Part shown: one piece after another, positions 62,488 through 64,000 of the stretch
How the letters are laid out: every line of letters starts with the position of its first letter
How positions within the stretch are numbered: position 1 is the stretch's first letter
DNA from: Octopus sinensis
Taxonomy: Eukaryota
Assembly: GCF_006345805.1 (NCBI RefSeq)
Contig: NC_043004.1
Coordinates: forward strand, 51,150,001-51,214,000
Direction of reading: 5' to 3'
DNA length: 64,000 nucleotides
Notes under the pieces: generated by a model
What the model was told of the DNA's origin: nothing
Database searches by the model: none
What the model saw: the letters and a program-made list of their open reading frames with translations, nothing else
Made by a program: the position numbers and the translations under genes

Positions 62488-64000
62488 TGCCAAACCAGAG
62501 AGTAGAGCTTGGTGCAGTCCTCTAGCTCACTAGACCCTGTCAAACCATCTAACTCATGCCCGCATGAAAAACACACACCCACTCATACACACACACACAC
62601 AAATTCACACATACATATATATATACACACATATGTATATACATATACACACACACACACACACCATATATATATATATATATACGTACATGCACATACA
62701 CATACATACATACATGTGCTCACATGTATACACGCATGTACACACGCTCCGCTTTATTAAAATGTTTCACTCTAGATTTTTAATTGTGTGTCGTTGTTGT
62801 TTACATTTTGCAAACATGGGTGGAAACAGGAGATCGGTGCTGCATTGTTGTGGAATGTCTGTTCTCATCAGAATCAGCAGTGGCAGCAGCAGCAGCAGCG
62901 GGGGGGGGGTAATGGTGTGGGAGGAAAAAAAGTGAATGTTCTTTGCTTCATAGAATGAAAAAGTCCCATGGAGTGGGGAGCGGGGGAGTGGAGGTGGGAG
63001 TGGTGGTGGGGGGGGGGGTGGGGTTTCAGAGGGAGAGGGAACAGCAGAGTCACCTGGGGTCATTGGTTGCATTTAAAATGGGATGGTGTGTGGTTGGGAA
63101 AGGAGAGAGAGAGAGAAAGACGGTGAGAGAGAAGGTGGGGGGCGGGGGAAATGGTAATGAGCTAAGGAGTCTGAGATATGTTTCTCATAGGTTATGAATG
63201 GATAGTGAAGGGGGGGGGCTTTGGGGCGGGGGGGATGAGAAGGGTGTTTGAAGAATTCAGATGTTCAGGGTTCGCTCCCCACACCCTGCCTATCAACTCC
63301 TACTACCACCACTGACACAACTACAACCACCACTGCCACCACTAAGATTAAGAAACAAGAGGATGATGAGGTGCAGCAACCTTACTGGTGGTGGTGGTGA
63401 CAGTGATGGTAGTGGTGATAGTGATGATGATGATGATGGGGTATGACAGTGGTACTGGTGATGGTGGGAATGGTGTTAGTGGTGGTGGCAGTGGTAGAGA
63501 TGATGGGGATTTGGTGGTGGTGGTGGTGGTAGTGGGCGATGGTGGGCATGGCAATGAATAGTTGTGATAATGGTAGTGGTGGTAGTGGTAGCAGTGGTGG
63601 GTGTGGTGTTAGTGGTGATGGTGGTAATGGTGGCAGTGGTAGTGATGGTGGTGGTGAGAGTGGTGATGGTACTTGCTGTGGTAGTAGTGGTTGTGACTGT
63701 CTTTCTGAAAGTAATTATTAATAATGGTGGTGGTGGTTGTGGTGGTGGTGGTGGTAGTATGGTGGTGGCTGAGAGAGAATGGAATTGACAGTAGTGGTAT
63801 TGTTGGTATTGGTGGGTGGGGATAGTGGTGTTGCTGTTCTAGATTGTCTCAGTAGTATTGTTGATGATGGTGGTGATAGTGATGATGGTGTTGGTGGCAG
63901 TGACAGATATAGTAGTGTTGGTTGTAGTAGATGAGGTTGTACAGATTACAGTAATCGTGACAAAATTAAGGGATGAATTAAAAGTGGAAGTACTGAAGAA

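Noticed and set aside
4005-63788. Hundreds of ORFs rich in YI, HT, CV, M/D, H/R or V/G repeats, including 32962-33792, 28678-29139 and 47470-48021
   Set aside because: They are translations of (TA)n, (CA)n, (GAT)n, (CAT)n and (GGT)n microsatellites, which lack stops in some frames. There is no domain or splice support.

Overview
AT-rich, microsatellite- and transposon-dense animal genomic DNA. The SINE families and repeat landscape look like an Octopus (cephalopod) genome; this is inferred, not proven. One protein-coding gene is supported: seven internal minus-strand exons (24486 down to 1776) splice in frame through canonical AG/GT sites into 945 nt (315 codons) encoding the SWIM and RING/PHD region of a MAP3K1 (MEKK1) orthologue. 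Its 5' and 3' exons were not found in the window. The rest is intron or intergenic DNA containing: a full-length but decayed DD34D mariner nested in a CR1 tail; an internally deleted piggyBac; DD37D (maT) fragments; hAT, piggyBac and Tc1 MITEs; Helitron/Helentron-like elements; RTE LINE fragments; and dozens of copies of about four tRNA-derived SINE families. The most notable structure not explained by the ORF track is a set of roughly ten type-I hammerhead-ribozyme-like motifs of the Penelope-like-element (PLE) kind, several in inverted (fold-back) arrangements. Also notable are a ~410-bp near-perfect palindrome and an hAT MITE inserted twice at the same nucleotide of a SINE tRNA head. Almost all ORFs in the supplied track are microsatellite artefacts.
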